Shown here piece by piece: positions 1 to 9,537 of a DNA stretch of 64,000 nucleotides; the stretch's first letter is position 1; each line of letters begins with the position of its first letter. The stretch spans positions 858 to 64,857 of the forward strand of contig JAZDOT010000047.1 in NCBI GenBank assembly GCA_043798355.1, read 5' to 3'. This DNA comes from Candidatus Peregrinibacteria bacterium (GTDB taxonomy: Bacteria; Patescibacteriota; Gracilibacteria; Peribacterales; Peribacteraceae). Below the pieces are notes generated by a model. The model was not told where the DNA came from. It was given only the letters and a program-made list of their open reading frames with translations, and ran no database searches. Both the position numbers and the translations under genes were made by a program.

Positions 1-31
1 GATCAATCGGGCTGAAGCGGCAAAGATTGCG

Positions 32-379
32 ATGGTGGCACGCAGGAAATTCGGCACCCCGGGAAAAGGAAGAACCCTGCGTAACGCAAAAATAGATTTT
101 AACTACACGGTTGTGAATATGAGGTATACGAATGAGGGATTCGGTTCTTCTGACCTTCAAATCAAACAGGGATCTGCCATCAACATCTGCAATGAGAGTG
201 TCATCAAGCTAAAAGTGGCATCACCCGAAATTCCTTCGATGGATGACCTCGCCGAGGTTCCTGCTGGAAATCCTTCCATGTGCGCATCATTCCAATTCAA
301 ATTCATGGATCTGGGCACATTTCACATTCGTAATCAGTATGACGCTTCAAAGGAAATGACTGTCGAAGTCATTCCATGA
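32..379 (+). CDS. hypothetical protein (frame stays open to the window edge, so possibly 5' truncated)
   Basis: 115-aa ORF. Positions 2-31 have no stop in frame. GC is lower than in neighbouring genes. No family recognised. Confidence 0.4.
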   Translation: MVARRKFGTPGKGRTLRNAKIDFNYTVVNMRYTNEGFGSSDLQIKQGSAINICNESVIKLKVASPEIPSMDDLAEVPAGNPSMCASFQFKFMDLGTFHIRNQYDASKEMTVEVIP

Positions 380-488
380 TCCATCGCTCCACCGTAAAGA
401 TCTCTCATTCAACTTCACAGCAACACAGAGGTCGCGGAACACATGTGCGAGCTCTTCAGACCCGAATTCAATTCTGAACCACCTCTTC

Positions 489-1079
489 TTAGTCACTCGC
501 TTGAAACTCCGGATCGCTGTCGAGGCGGCTCTCCTCGGGCAACATCTGCCCCTGATACTTGCTCCCCGGCTTTTTGTCGTACGGCATTTCGGCAGGGCTG
601 CTCATGGTCTCGAACGCCAGCTGGCAGACGCGCATCCCGGGATACAGGACGACGGGGAGGCGGTTCAAGTTGCTGATTTCAAGCGTGATCGTCCCCGAGA
701 ACCCGGGATCCACGAATCCCGCCGTCGAGTGCACGATGATCCCAAGACGGCCGAGTGAACTTCTTCCCTCCACGCGCACGACCATATCGTCGGGTACGGT
801 GAGTTTCTCCTTGGTGACTCCCAGGACGAATTCCCCCGGTTGTACGATGAACGAATCCCCGTCCGGGACGGTGATGGTCCGCATGTTGCCGGAGAATGTT
901 TCGGGAACCTTGGGATCGAGGATGGCAAAGCGGCTGTGCTCGTAGAGCTTGAAGGTGTTCCCCAACCGCAGATCCATGGAACTGGCATGGATGTGCCGCA
1001 GAAGCTCCGGCTGATCCGACTCCACCTTCAATCGGCCTTCCGCGAGGAGCCGGCGAATGTCCCGGTCAGAGAAGATCAT
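489..1079 (-). CDS. dcd: dCTP deaminase
   Basis: ORF 489..1280 trimmed to the internal ATG at 1079. MIFSDRDIRRLL...VEGRSSLGRLGIIVHSTAGFVDPGF...LYPGMRVCQL is typical of the Dcd/dUTPase fold over its full length. Confidence 0.93.
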   Translation of the reverse strand: MIFSDRDIRRLLAEGRLKVESDQPELLRHIHASSMDLRLGNTFKLYEHSRFAILDPKVPETFSGNMRTITVPDGDSFIVQPGEFVLGVTKEKLTVPDDMVVRVEGRSSLGRLGIIVHSTAGFVDPGFSGTITLEISNLNRLPVVLYPGMRVCQLAFETMSSPAEMPYDKKPGSKYQGQMLPEESRLDSDPEFQASD

Positions 1080-1163
1080 GAGTCGGGAGGATAGCAGAAA
1101 GAAGAAGGAGAAACATGCAACATTCGTTGCCTGCAACGGCAAAAGCCGCAACAATGTTTCCCC

Positions 1164-2909
1164 ATGCCCGCCACAATGAGCAATCTTGACCGGCAGGAGC
1201 GGGAAGACGTCTGGGAGGAGGGTAGCGAATTCGCAGAGCGGCTTTCGCAGTTGCATCACTACTTCCGGGAATATGTGCACTACACATTCGACGTTCTGGG
1301 TGCGGCTTCAGAAGAGCAAACGAGGGAGCTGCTGGAAGGCTTGCGCTATATCTCTTCCGCATCGCAACTGAAAGAATGGGAGGAATCGATCCCAAAATAC
1401 GAAGAGATGAAACACGCCGCCCACGAGCTCTACCACACAAAGCTCATGGATCGGCTGCTGGAAACCTATAACAGCTCTCCGCGCGCCATGTGCATGGATA
1501 AGATCAAAAAATGGGGTGAGCGTTTCCGCGATAAAGATGTGCACTACAAAGTGAAGGAAAATTTCATTGAAAAAATCCTGCCCACGTACATTGCCCGCTG
1601 GAAGAAAATCGCACAGGAAAGAGAGGAGCTCTTACAAGTGGCACGCAAGAGGCCACTTTCAGGAAAAGCGCTGGATGAACTCAAAGAGTTCTTCGATGAA
1701 GAAGCATTCCTCCATCTGAGCTACCCCGAACGCGTCGGAATCGTCGCCCAGGCACGATCGAAACTTTCCATCACGACAAAGGATGGAGCGATTCAAAATC
1801 TCTACGAAAACGCATTTGCCCTGCTGCAGACAACGGCGAGAAACGGAGACATGAGCAAAGGGAAAGTCGGCGTGTGGATGGAACGGATCTTCTCAAGCAA
1901 AGCCTCACCTAAACAAATCGCGGATTTCCTCGATAAACGTAAATCAATGTCTCTCCCGCGTCTGATCGAACAATGGGCGATCGTACGGAAAAAATTCGAC
2001 ACCATCGAGGACCGCCGGAAGAAGGAAGGCACGCCGCGCGGGTTCAACTTCGTTTCACAGGACAAATTTTTGGACTGGCACTACACTCAGCGCCTCGCAT
2101 ACGTCAGGGAAGCCGAGCAGCGATTTACGGACATCAGCAGAGAAAACCCCCTGCTCCTTGCGATCCGCCACGAACTGGATGCGGAAGATTGGGAAGAGGC
2201 GAAAGCGCTGATCGCGGAAGCGGAAGCAGGTGACCTTTCCGAAAAGGACCGCGGAAAAGTGGCCTCCATGAAGAACTACCTGAAGGAGCACGAGGCGAAG
2301 AAAACGGTGAAGAAGACGGCCGGAGAGAGCCCGCTGGAGGCGCAGCAAGAATTGGGGTATCTCATCGGTCTCCTTCCCGATTCCCTCCAACCGCTCTACT
2401 GGAAAGCGATTGCAGCGAAGAAATTCCGCTGTCTCACCTCCCTCATGTACAACCGCGTGTGGTGCCGCAGGCGCTTCTATCTCGATGACAGAAAAGAGGA
2501 AGAGCAACGCGTGCGTTCCACCGAGGAAACGCGCATGCACGTGGAATACGGACACGGAAAAGGCCTCGAGAACGAAGATATCGACAATTTCCAGAAGCCT
2601 TCCATCCGCTCATACAAGGACCCGAACGTGAACGCACCGCAGGTTCTCTTCACCACGAGCGAGGGACACAACGCGCTCGTTTCCAGAATGATCGAAGAGG
2701 ACAATCACATGTTCCGCTACTGGTCGACTCTCGTTCCCATCGGCGTCGACTACGCGACCCACGCATTCGTCGTGGAACACCTCCACCACCGCATGAAGCG
2801 GTGCCTGCGCATCCTGGAGGGGGCGGGCATCTCACCCGTCCCCGCAGCCGAGATCATTCACAAGGACCAGTTCGATGCGGCCGAAGCTCATCTGGCGATT
2901 GCCGCGTAG
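1164..2909 (+). CDS. hypothetical cytosolic alpha-helical protein (581 aa)
   Basis: Long ORF with protein-like composition, divergent from dcd. No signal peptide and no recognised motif. Confidence 0.7.
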   Translation: MPATMSNLDRQEREDVWEEGSEFAERLSQLHHYFREYVHYTFDVLGAASEEQTRELLEGLRYISSASQLKEWEESIPKYEEMKHAAHELYHTKLMDRLLETYNSSPRAMCMDKIKKWGERFRDKDVHYKVKENFIEKILPTYIARWKKIAQEREELLQVARKRPLSGKALDELKEFFDEEAFLHLSYPERVGIVAQARSKLSITTKDGAIQNLYENAFALLQTTARNGDMSKGKVGVWMERIFSSKASPKQIADFLDKRKSMSLPRLIEQWAIVRKKFDTIEDRRKKEGTPRGFNFVSQDKFLDWHYTQRLAYVREAEQRFTDISRENPLLLAIRHELDAEDWEEAKALIAEAEAGDLSEKDRGKVASMKNYLKEHEAKKTVKKTAGESPLEAQQELGYLIGLLPDSLQPLYWKAIAAKKFRCLTSLMYNRVWCRRRFYLDDRKEEEQRVRSTEETRMHVEYGHGKGLENEDIDNFQKPSIRSYKDPNVNAPQVLFTTSEGHNALVSRMIEEDNHMFRYWSTLVPIGVDYATHAFVVEHLHHRMKRCLRILEGAGISPVPAAEIIHKDQFDAAEAHLAIAA

Positions 2910-2992
2910 CAGAAGTGAAGGAAATACACTTTTTGTCTTGAAATAAGCCAGCGCCGGATGCAAAGTACACTCCCGTTTTTTCTCCTCTTCCT

Positions 2993-3574
2993 ATGAAACT
3001 CCGCGCTCTCTCCTTGATGCTGCCGCTCCTTCTCGCCGGATGCGCGAAGAGCGCTTGGAATCCCCCCGTGCAAACCCTCCTCGCAAATCCCCTCTACGCA
3101 GAACGCTACGCTGCAGACATGGTCAACCGCCTGACGGACATGGAGATTCGTCAGGATCCCCTTCTGCAAGATGCCGGAAAAAAAGGCCTCATTGAACGGA
3201 CGAAAGCTGAGTGGCTCCTCAGAGTGAAATCCGCCCGGGATGCCCAGAAGAAAGGATTCGTCGGGGAATTCGTCACGGGCTCCGAAGAGGTGCTCGGCAG
3301 AGCACTCTCCCTCAATGACACGCTCTACTTCTCGGAGGAATTTCTGACCTATCCCGGACCGGACCTGCGGGTCTTCCTCACGCACGCCCTCGACCCGCGC
3401 GACGCACCCTTCCCTGATGCCACGAGCATCGATTTAGGACCGATCGAATCCCCCTACGGCGCAAAAACGCTCATTGTCCCTCATCAGGAAGATCCCGCAT
3501 ATCTCCGCACAGTCGTCCTCTGGGACGTCCGCCTCCAGCGCCTCTACGGGTTCGCACAGCTCCACAAAGAGTAA
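2993..3574 (+). CDS. hypothetical lipoprotein
   Basis: N-terminus MKLRALSLMLPLLLAGC carries a lipobox (LAGC). Confidence 0.75.
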   Translation: MKLRALSLMLPLLLAGCAKSAWNPPVQTLLANPLYAERYAADMVNRLTDMEIRQDPLLQDAGKKGLIERTKAEWLLRVKSARDAQKKGFVGEFVTGSEEVLGRALSLNDTLYFSEEFLTYPGPDLRVFLTHALDPRDAPFPDATSIDLGPIESPYGAKTLIVPHQEDPAYLRTVVLWDVRLQRLYGFAQLHKE

Positions 3575-3624
3575 GAATGAGCAGGAAACTTTCCCTATCC
3601 TCTTCGACTTCTTCGGTTTCCTCG

Positions 3625-3671
3625 GCTTCCCGCGCCTCGGCAGAGCCGCGAGGCGACGCCGGGTCTGTTTC
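3625..3671. repeat. 47-nt GC-rich hairpin element, copy 1 (perfect inverted copy at 8146..8192)
   Basis: gcttcccgcgcctcggcagagccgcgaggcgacgccgggtctgtttc, with internal stem CGCCTCG/CGAGGCG. It lies between convergent genes. Confidence 0.85.
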
Positions 3672-3672
3672 T

Positions 3673-4266
3673 TCAGAGTTTCTGCTGCATCGTCTTCACC
3701 GCCGCTTCAATAGCCGCACTGAGCGTATCGAACCCCGCTTCCACCTGTTGCCCGTTCACAAAAAATGTGGGAGTGCCTTCCACACCCAGCTTCTGCCCTT
3801 CATCCTCATCGGCCAGAACGAGATCTCTCTTGCTCCGGGACTTCCAGCAGCTCTCGAACGTGGAAACGTCTAATTTCAGGATGCCTGCCCACGAGAGGAG
3901 CGCATCGTAACTCAGGCGACTCTGCTGCTCGAACGAAAGATCCACGAACTCCCAGAATTTCCCCTGATCCGCGGCGCACTCGCTGGCTTCAGCGGCATCC
4001 AGAGCGAAGCGGTGGACAGAGCGAAGTGGGAAATGCTTGAAGTCGAGGCGGATGACGGAACCGTACTTCTGGAGGATGGGGAGCACGACCCCTTTGTGCA
4101 CCACCTGACAGGCCGGACACTGCAGATCCGTGTACTCCACGACACGGATGATCCCGTTGGCATTCCCGCGGGGAGGACGCGCGGACACGAGCGGCTCGCT
4201 CGGCGTGCATGCAGAAAAAACGGTGGAAAGCAGAACGGCGAAGGCGAGGAGAGAGGCGCGTCGCAT
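3673..4266 (-). CDS. DsbA-family thiol:disulfide oxidoreductase (exported or lipoprotein)
   Basis: Trimmed to the ATG at 4266: MRRASLLAFAVLLSTVFSAC signal/lipobox and a CPAC active site in VVEYTDLQCPACQ. Confidence 0.85.
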   Translation of the reverse strand: MRRASLLAFAVLLSTVFSACTPSEPLVSARPPRGNANGIIRVVEYTDLQCPACQVVHKGVVLPILQKYGSVIRLDFKHFPLRSVHRFALDAAEASECAADQGKFWEFVDLSFEQQSRLSYDALLSWAGILKLDVSTFESCWKSRSKRDLVLADEDEGQKLGVEGTPTFFVNGQQVEAGFDTLSAAIEAAVKTMQQKL

Positions 4267-4413
4267 AGCCGGGATAGAATGGCAGGATCTCTTTGGAGGG
4301 GCAAACAATCGAATGACCTTTCTGCCCTCTTTTTCTTCTTTGCCCTCTTTGCCCTCCCACATTCCTCCAAACAATTGCCCCCCTCCTCCAAGCCAAGTAC
4401 ACTAATCACCCCA

Positions 4414-5958
4414 ATGTCTCTCTACCGCAAGTACCGGCCGCAGAGTTTCGCCGACGTCGTCGGCCAGGATCCGGTCGTCGACACGCTCGAACAGGCGGCC
4501 AAGCAGGATAAATTGGCGCACGCCTACCTGTTCGCTGGCGGCCGCGGGACGGGGAAGACCTCCGTTGCGCGCATCCTGGCGAAGATCCTGATGATTCACA
4601 ACGTCGAAGACGAGAACATACGGCAGACGATCGTACGGGGCGTCGAGGAGGGCAGCAGCATCGATCTCCTCGAGATCGACGCAGCCAGCACGCGCGGCAT
4701 CGATGACGTCCGCGACCTCATCGAGAAGATCCAGTTTTCGCCGGTGGTTTCAGGCGCGAAGGTGTACATCATCGACGAGGTGCACATGCTCACGAAAGAG
4801 GCATTCAATGCTCTCCTGAAAACGCTGGAAGAGCCGCCCTCCTACGCTTTCTTCATCCTCGCAACCACCGAACTGAACAAGATCCCCCTCACCATCCAGT
4901 CCCGCTGCCAATGCTTCCCTTTCCGCTCGATCGGTGAAGAGGAGATCATCCGCCGTCTGCAGTTCATCGCGGATCAGGAGAGGATCACTGTGGAGCGCGA
5001 TGCCCTGCGGGCGATCGCCCACGCCGTCCAGGGCGGGATGCGCGACGCCATCTCGCTCCTCGACCAACTCCAATCCCTCCCGAAGATCACCAAGAAAGAT
5101 GTGGAGGATCGGATCGGCGCGAGCGCAGATCAGTATGCGGAAACAGCGATGGAGGCCGTCATGGACGCAGATCTTCCCGTCATCATCGAGACGATCCGGC
5201 AGGTGGAAGAAGCGGGCATCGCACTGGATGTCTTCGTGCGAAAACTCCTCGCAGCTGCCCGACAATCGCTCCATACCGCTATCGCGGAGAAGAAGCCGAC
5301 GCTCGGAATCCAACGCGCCCTCGACATCCTGCTCTCTGCAATGCGCGACCTGCGCGTCGCAGCGGTTCCCGGGCTTGTGGTGGAGTCTGCACTCATCCGG
5401 CTCTGCTCGCCGGAAGAAGAGCCGGCTGCTTCGCGGGAGAAAGGCGCCGTGTTCGCCGCCCCGAAAAGCACAAAAGAAAAAACCAAGGCCGCCACAGAAA
5501 AACAGCCAGGAGCGGCCGCCTGTGGTGAGCACGGTCGAACCATTCCTGGCCACGGGGAGAGCGAGCCTGGCCGCGGGGGGAACGAACCGCATCAGGAGAC
5601 ATCCGACATCCAGAACGCCGCCATCGAGGCGCCGGATCTGACCCTCGAAACCCTGCGAAGCGCATGGGAGAACATCATTGAACAGACGAAACCCGCTTCC
5701 GTACGCATGTCCCTGAAGAACGGACAGATCCTCTCTCTGGAAGAGCGCAGGGTGACCGTGGGCTTCGCTTCCACATTCCATCGCGACAAAGTGGCGCACC
5801 CCGAAGCCAGCCGTTCCATCGAAGAGATCATGCAAACCATTTTCAAGCGATCGCTGAAACTGGAGTGCATCGTCGGTGATATCCACAGCGAAGAGGACCA
5901 CACGGCAGAGCAGCCGGACATCGATCTGGCTGAAGCGGCAGCCGAAGTATTCAAATGA
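4414..5958 (+). CDS. dnaX: DNA polymerase III subunit gamma/tau
   Basis: Start at MSLYRKYRPQSFADVVGQD. Contains Walker A GGRGTGKTS and DEVHML, then a low-complexity C-terminal half. Confidence 0.93.
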   Translation: MSLYRKYRPQSFADVVGQDPVVDTLEQAAKQDKLAHAYLFAGGRGTGKTSVARILAKILMIHNVEDENIRQTIVRGVEEGSSIDLLEIDAASTRGIDDVRDLIEKIQFSPVVSGAKVYIIDEVHMLTKEAFNALLKTLEEPPSYAFFILATTELNKIPLTIQSRCQCFPFRSIGEEEIIRRLQFIADQERITVERDALRAIAHAVQGGMRDAISLLDQLQSLPKITKKDVEDRIGASADQYAETAMEAVMDADLPVIIETIRQVEEAGIALDVFVRKLLAAARQSLHTAIAEKKPTLGIQRALDILLSAMRDLRVAAVPGLVVESALIRLCSPEEEPAASREKGAVFAAPKSTKEKTKAATEKQPGAAACGEHGRTIPGHGESEPGRGGNEPHQETSDIQNAAIEAPDLTLETLRSAWENIIEQTKPASVRMSLKNGQILSLEERRVTVGFASTFHRDKVAHPEASRSIEEIMQTIFKRSLKLECIVGDIHSEEDHTAEQPDIDLAEAAAEVFK

Positions 5959-5984
5959 TACGTTGATCTCTTCATTTCTCACGT

Positions 5985-6563
5985 ATGCATCCCTCCGAAG
6001 CGAAACGTGAACTCAGGCGTTCCATCGAAGAACGCCTTGCCCATCTCAGCAACGCTGCTCGCCTCCGCGAGAGCAGAACCCTCTGCCGATGCCTCCTCGA
6101 AGCGCTCCCGCATGACAGGGCTGTCTGCGCATACAGCGCGCTCCCGACCGAGGCGGACATCTCCCTCCTCCTCGAGGAGCTGAACAAGAGAGGGACTGCC
6201 GTTTACCTGCCCTGCGTCGAGAAGAGCGGCCTCACCTTTCGACGCAGCGATCCGTCTGCGGAACTGAAACCGGGCCCCTTCCGCATTCCTGAACCCCCCA
6301 AAGAAGCAGAGGCGCTGGATCTGAGCTGCCAAATGATCGTCCTCGTCCCGGGACGGGCATTCGATCGGGAAGGGCACCGCCTCGGCCGCGGCAACGGCGG
6401 CTACGACCGGTGGATCGCTTCCGTACGCGGAATCAATCCCGCGGCCCGCATGTGGGGAGTCGCTCTGGAATGCCAACTGGTCGAGAGCGTCCCTACGGAA
6501 GAGCACGATCAAACAATGGATGCTGTCTTCACGGCTCGCGGGGTCGTCATGGGAGAACCCTGA
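5985..6563 (+). CDS. 5-formyltetrahydrofolate cyclo-ligase
   Basis: 192 aa with the C-terminal motif PGRAFDREGHRLGRGNGGYDRW, typical of the MTHFS family. Adjacent to glyA. Confidence 0.85.
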   Translation: MHPSEAKRELRRSIEERLAHLSNAARLRESRTLCRCLLEALPHDRAVCAYSALPTEADISLLLEELNKRGTAVYLPCVEKSGLTFRRSDPSAELKPGPFRIPEPPKEAEALDLSCQMIVLVPGRAFDREGHRLGRGNGGYDRWIASVRGINPAARMWGVALECQLVESVPTEEHDQTMDAVFTARGVVMGEP

Positions 6564-6770
6564 CGCTCTACTGATTGTAGTAGTAGATCAAACCGAAAGC
6601 GATGATCACGATGAGGACGGCGAAGCTGATGAGCATAATGCATCCAGCATACGTGATCCACAAGTGTCCTGTCGAACACTCGCTGATCGCACAAGCAATG
6701 TGCTCATCGTTTCCTTGTGCTCCGCTCTAAAATCATTAGTCTAAAGATACTTTCCTCTCTTTTTCTTCCC

Positions 6771-8036
6771 ATGCCAGTCTACGACGCACTCAAAGCCTCT
6801 GACCCGGACGTGTACAGAGCCCTCATCGGCGAAATGCGCCGCCAAGCAGAGGGCGTGGAACTCATCTGCTCGGAGAACTACGTCTCCCCCGCTGTGCTGG
6901 AAATTATGGGATCCGTCTTCAACAACAAGTACTCCGAAGGATACCCGGGAAGGCGCTACTACGGAGGGCAGGAATTCACCGATGCCGTCGAAACGCTTGC
7001 CATCGAGCGGGCGAAGCAGCTCTTCCATGCAGGGCATGCCAACGTGCAGCCGCACGCCGGAGCTCCCGCGAACATCGCAACGTACTTCGCCCTCATGGAA
7101 CCGGGGGACACAATCATGGGGATGGACCTGAGCCATGGAGGCCACCTGACGCACGGCCATCCCGTGACCTACATCACGAAGATTTTCAAATTCGTCCGCT
7201 ACAAGATGAAGGACGTCGAAACCGGCGAACTGGACTACGACGAGATGCGGGAAGTGGCGAAGCGCGAGAAGCCGAAAGTTATCATGGCAGGGTACTCCGC
7301 CTACCCGCGGGAGGTGAACTACGCCGCCATCCGGTCGATCGCGGACGAGGTCGGCGCCGTCGCCATCATGGATATGGCCCATGTCGCAGGACTCATCGCG
7401 GGAGGCGTGCACCGAAATCCCTTCGATGACGGGTTCGATATCTGCCTCACGACGACGCACAAAACGCTGCGTGGCCCGCGCGGCGGGATGATCCTCTGCC
7501 GCGATGGCGAATTGGGAAAGAAGATCGACAAAATGGTCTTCCCGGGTTTCCAGGGCGGCCCCATCATGCAGATGGTTGCTGCCAAAGCGGTCGCCTTCGG
7601 CGAAGCCCTCCGCCCGGAGTTCCGGGACTATGCCGCGCAAATCATCCGCAACTCTAAGCACCTCGCAAAAATCTTCATGGATCACGGCGTGAAACTCATC
7701 ACCAACGGAACCGATAATCACCTGCTGCTCGTCGACTGCGTGAAATCATGGAACATGGCCGGCAATGAAGTGGAGCACCTCTTCGACAGCATCAATATCA
7801 CCCTTAACAAGAACATGATTGCTGATGACCCGCGGAAACCCATGGATCCGTCCGGCGTGCGTCTCGGCACCCCCGCCATCACGACCCGCGGCATGAAGGA
7901 AAAGGAGATGGAGGTGCTCGCTGGCTTCATGCTCGCAGCGATCGAGAAACGGGGCAATGCCACGGCCATGCGGGACATCCGTGAAGACGTGAAACGTTTC
8001 TGCCTGAAATTCCCGGTACCCGGCGTTACGCTCTAA
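6771..8036 (+). CDS. glyA: serine hydroxymethyltransferase
   Basis: Trimmed to MPVYDALKASDP. Contains SENYVSPAVLE...YSEGYPGRRYYGG and the TTTHKTLRGPRGG PLP-lysine motif. Confidence 0.96.
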   Translation: MPVYDALKASDPDVYRALIGEMRRQAEGVELICSENYVSPAVLEIMGSVFNNKYSEGYPGRRYYGGQEFTDAVETLAIERAKQLFHAGHANVQPHAGAPANIATYFALMEPGDTIMGMDLSHGGHLTHGHPVTYITKIFKFVRYKMKDVETGELDYDEMREVAKREKPKVIMAGYSAYPREVNYAAIRSIADEVGAVAIMDMAHVAGLIAGGVHRNPFDDGFDICLTTTHKTLRGPRGGMILCRDGELGKKIDKMVFPGFQGGPIMQMVAAKAVAFGEALRPEFRDYAAQIIRNSKHLAKIFMDHGVKLITNGTDNHLLLVDCVKSWNMAGNEVEHLFDSINITLNKNMIADDPRKPMDPSGVRLGTPAITTRGMKEKEMEVLAGFMLAAIEKRGNATAMRDIREDVKRFCLKFPVPGVTL

Positions 8037-8039
8037 TGC

Positions 8040-8759
8040 CTATCGCCGGGAAGGCGGCTTCTGCGCTCGAAATGGCCACCTGAGCAACCGGAGGAGAGAG
8101 GGCTTGCTTGAAATGGAGGAAGAAAAGGGAAGAGAAGAAGTAGAGGAAACAGACCCGGCGTCGCCTCGCGGCTCTGCCGAGGCGCGGGAAGCAGAAGAAG
8201 CAGAAGACACCGAGAATTCTAACAGGGGGGCAACCGGCTTCAGGAGAACGGCGTCGGCCGTGTAGGTCTCGCGATTGCGTGCGCGGATGGCGACCATGAC
8301 CCGCTGCCCGTAGGTGACCGTCACGGTCCCAAAGCTCTGCCACGGGACGCCGTTCTCCACGGGACCGTTCGGGAGCGCATCCTGTGCAAAGGCGTGGACA
8401 AGGAGCTCATCCTTCGCATCCGCCACTCTCAGTTCTAATCGCGGCGCCTGGTGCTCCACGATTGCAGGCCACGTGACGAACACCTCATAGACACCGGCAG
8501 GAACATCCACGAATGTCCAGCTGGCAGACGCCCACTGATTCCTCCACTGTGTATGGCTGTGGAGGTGATAGCTCCCGCCGTATCCTCCGCCCTCGACAAC
8601 CGTCCAGCGCTGTCCAAGCGTATTGAATCGACCGAGCACATCACGATCATCGATGAGGAGAGACGGCTCCTCCGGTGAAACGAGGGCGAGCAGTTTCGCC
8701 CCTGCGACCGACGATGCAATGAGAACGGAGAGAACGATGACAATGGAGAAACGGCTCAT
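8040..8759 (-). CDS. secreted protein with golvesin C-terminal-like (carbohydrate-binding-like) domain
   Basis: Signal peptide MSRFSIVIVLSVLIASSVAGA. Domain pattern W..GGYGGSY...ASWTF.DVPAGVYEVFVTW...ADAVLL. The C-terminal tail reads through the repeat at 8146..8192. Confidence 0.7.
   Translation of the reverse strand: MSRFSIVIVLSVLIASSVAGAKLLALVSPEEPSLLIDDRDVLGRFNTLGQRWTVVEGGGYGGSYHLHSHTQWRNQWASASWTFVDVPAGVYEVFVTWPAIVEHQAPRLELRVADAKDELLVHAFAQDALPNGPVENGVPWQSFGTVTVTYGQRVMVAIRARNRETYTADAVLLKPVAPLLEFSVSSASSASRASAEPRGDAGSVSSTSSLPFSSSISSKPSLLRLLRWPFRAQKPPSRR
8146..8192. repeat. 47-nt GC-rich hairpin element, copy 2 (reverse complement of 3625..3671)
   Basis: 47/47 identity to copy 1 in inverted orientation, by manual alignment. 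Confidence 0.85.
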
Positions 8760-9421
8760 GCGGAAGAGAAAGAGGATGAAGAAGAGGATAGAGAGGAGGA
8801 ACGACGCATGAGGAGAACAGCATCAGCGCTGTATTTCTCGGTATTCGGCGCGGAGGCGCTGACCGTGAGCATCCCGGAGAGCCGGAGTGAGCCGATCTGC
8901 TGCCACATAACCCCATCATACAGCATCCCATGAGGGGCTGTGTTCTGATCGATGGTTGCGGACACGGCGGGAGAAGACCCCCCCTGAATGCCGTACGAAA
9001 CGTTTCGGGAAGCCCCAACGGTTGGAACCCACGTCACGAAGACGTCGTACGTGCCCTCGGGAAGGGCTCTGAAGCGCCACCGCGCGCTCGTCGCAATGTT
9101 CCTCCCGAACGTGAAGAGATGGAGGAACGATGATCCTCGGTACCCCCCGACGGTGTTATCCCGTCCCGTGAGCCATCCCACGCCCTGCGTCTTGAAGGCG
9201 TCGGGGCCGACAGTGTCGTCGATGATGAAGACAGATGAGAGAAAAGAGAAGGAGGAAACAGAAGAAGCAAAGGAAGAAGAGGCAGAAGAGGAAGAGGATT
9301 GCGATACAAAAATGGCTCCGGGGGTGAAGACGTGTTCCTGTATCCAGACCCGAAACACTTTCGATGTCGAGAGCACGCCGCACACGGTCACGAGAAAGAG
9401 GAAGCCGATTTTCATGCGCAT
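8756..9421 (-). CDS. secreted golvesin C-terminal-like domain protein (tandem paralogue)
   Basis: Trimmed to MRMKIGFLFLVTVCGVLS. Contains ARWRFRALPEGTYDVFVTW...ADAVLL. Its stop overlaps the downstream paralogue's start (ATGA at 8756-8759). Confidence 0.7.
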   Translation of the reverse strand: MRMKIGFLFLVTVCGVLSTSKVFRVWIQEHVFTPGAIFVSQSSSSSASSSFASSVSSFSFLSSVFIIDDTVGPDAFKTQGVGWLTGRDNTVGGYRGSSFLHLFTFGRNIATSARWRFRALPEGTYDVFVTWVPTVGASRNVSYGIQGGSSPAVSATIDQNTAPHGMLYDGVMWQQIGSLRLSGMLTVSASAPNTEKYSADAVLLMRRSSSLSSSSSSFSSA

Positions 9422-9435
9422 GGAGAAAGCGTACA

Positions 9436-9458
9436 GCGAATAGCGAATAGCGAATAGC
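9436..9458. repeat. heptamer tandem repeat (GCGAATA)x3
   Basis: gcgaatagcgaatagcgaatagc lies just upstream of the 8756..9421 start. A solo unit gaatagcg follows the pgi stop at about 23540. Confidence 0.9.
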
Positions 9459-9537
9459 AACAGTAATGACAGGCAAAGCATGAAACTCGCTCCGCGCAAT
9501 TGCATGCCATCCCGTGCGATGTTACAACCACCCTCCT

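Noticed and set aside
4012-4413. N-terminal extension of dnaX to the ORF-track start at 4012.
   Set aside because: The extension overlaps the DsbA-like gene on the other strand and is junk-like. Conserved DnaX begins at MSLYRKYRPQ (4414).
5461-5495. Possible dnaX gamma-subunit frameshift site at aaagaaaaaaccaag.
   Set aside because: The A-run is not in the X XXY YYZ register relative to the zero frame (gaa aaa acc), and there is no downstream hairpin. It cannot be supported.
6568-6636. 22-aa hydrophobic micro-ORF (MLISFAVLIVIIAFGLIYYYNQ) on the minus strand between the cyclo-ligase gene and glyA.
   Set aside because: It is too short to support without conservation or expression data, and the start codon is uncertain. 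Overlapping track ORFs (6509..6694, 6520..6744) look spurious.
9422-9505. Longer N-termini offered by the ORF track that read through repeats, such as 8756..9505. The same applies to 56026..57900, 30259..30951, 28242..28367 and 43100..44650.
   Set aside because: The extensions translate tandem repeats or AT-rich promoter DNA. They precede an internal Met followed by a canonical signal peptide or a conserved N-terminus.
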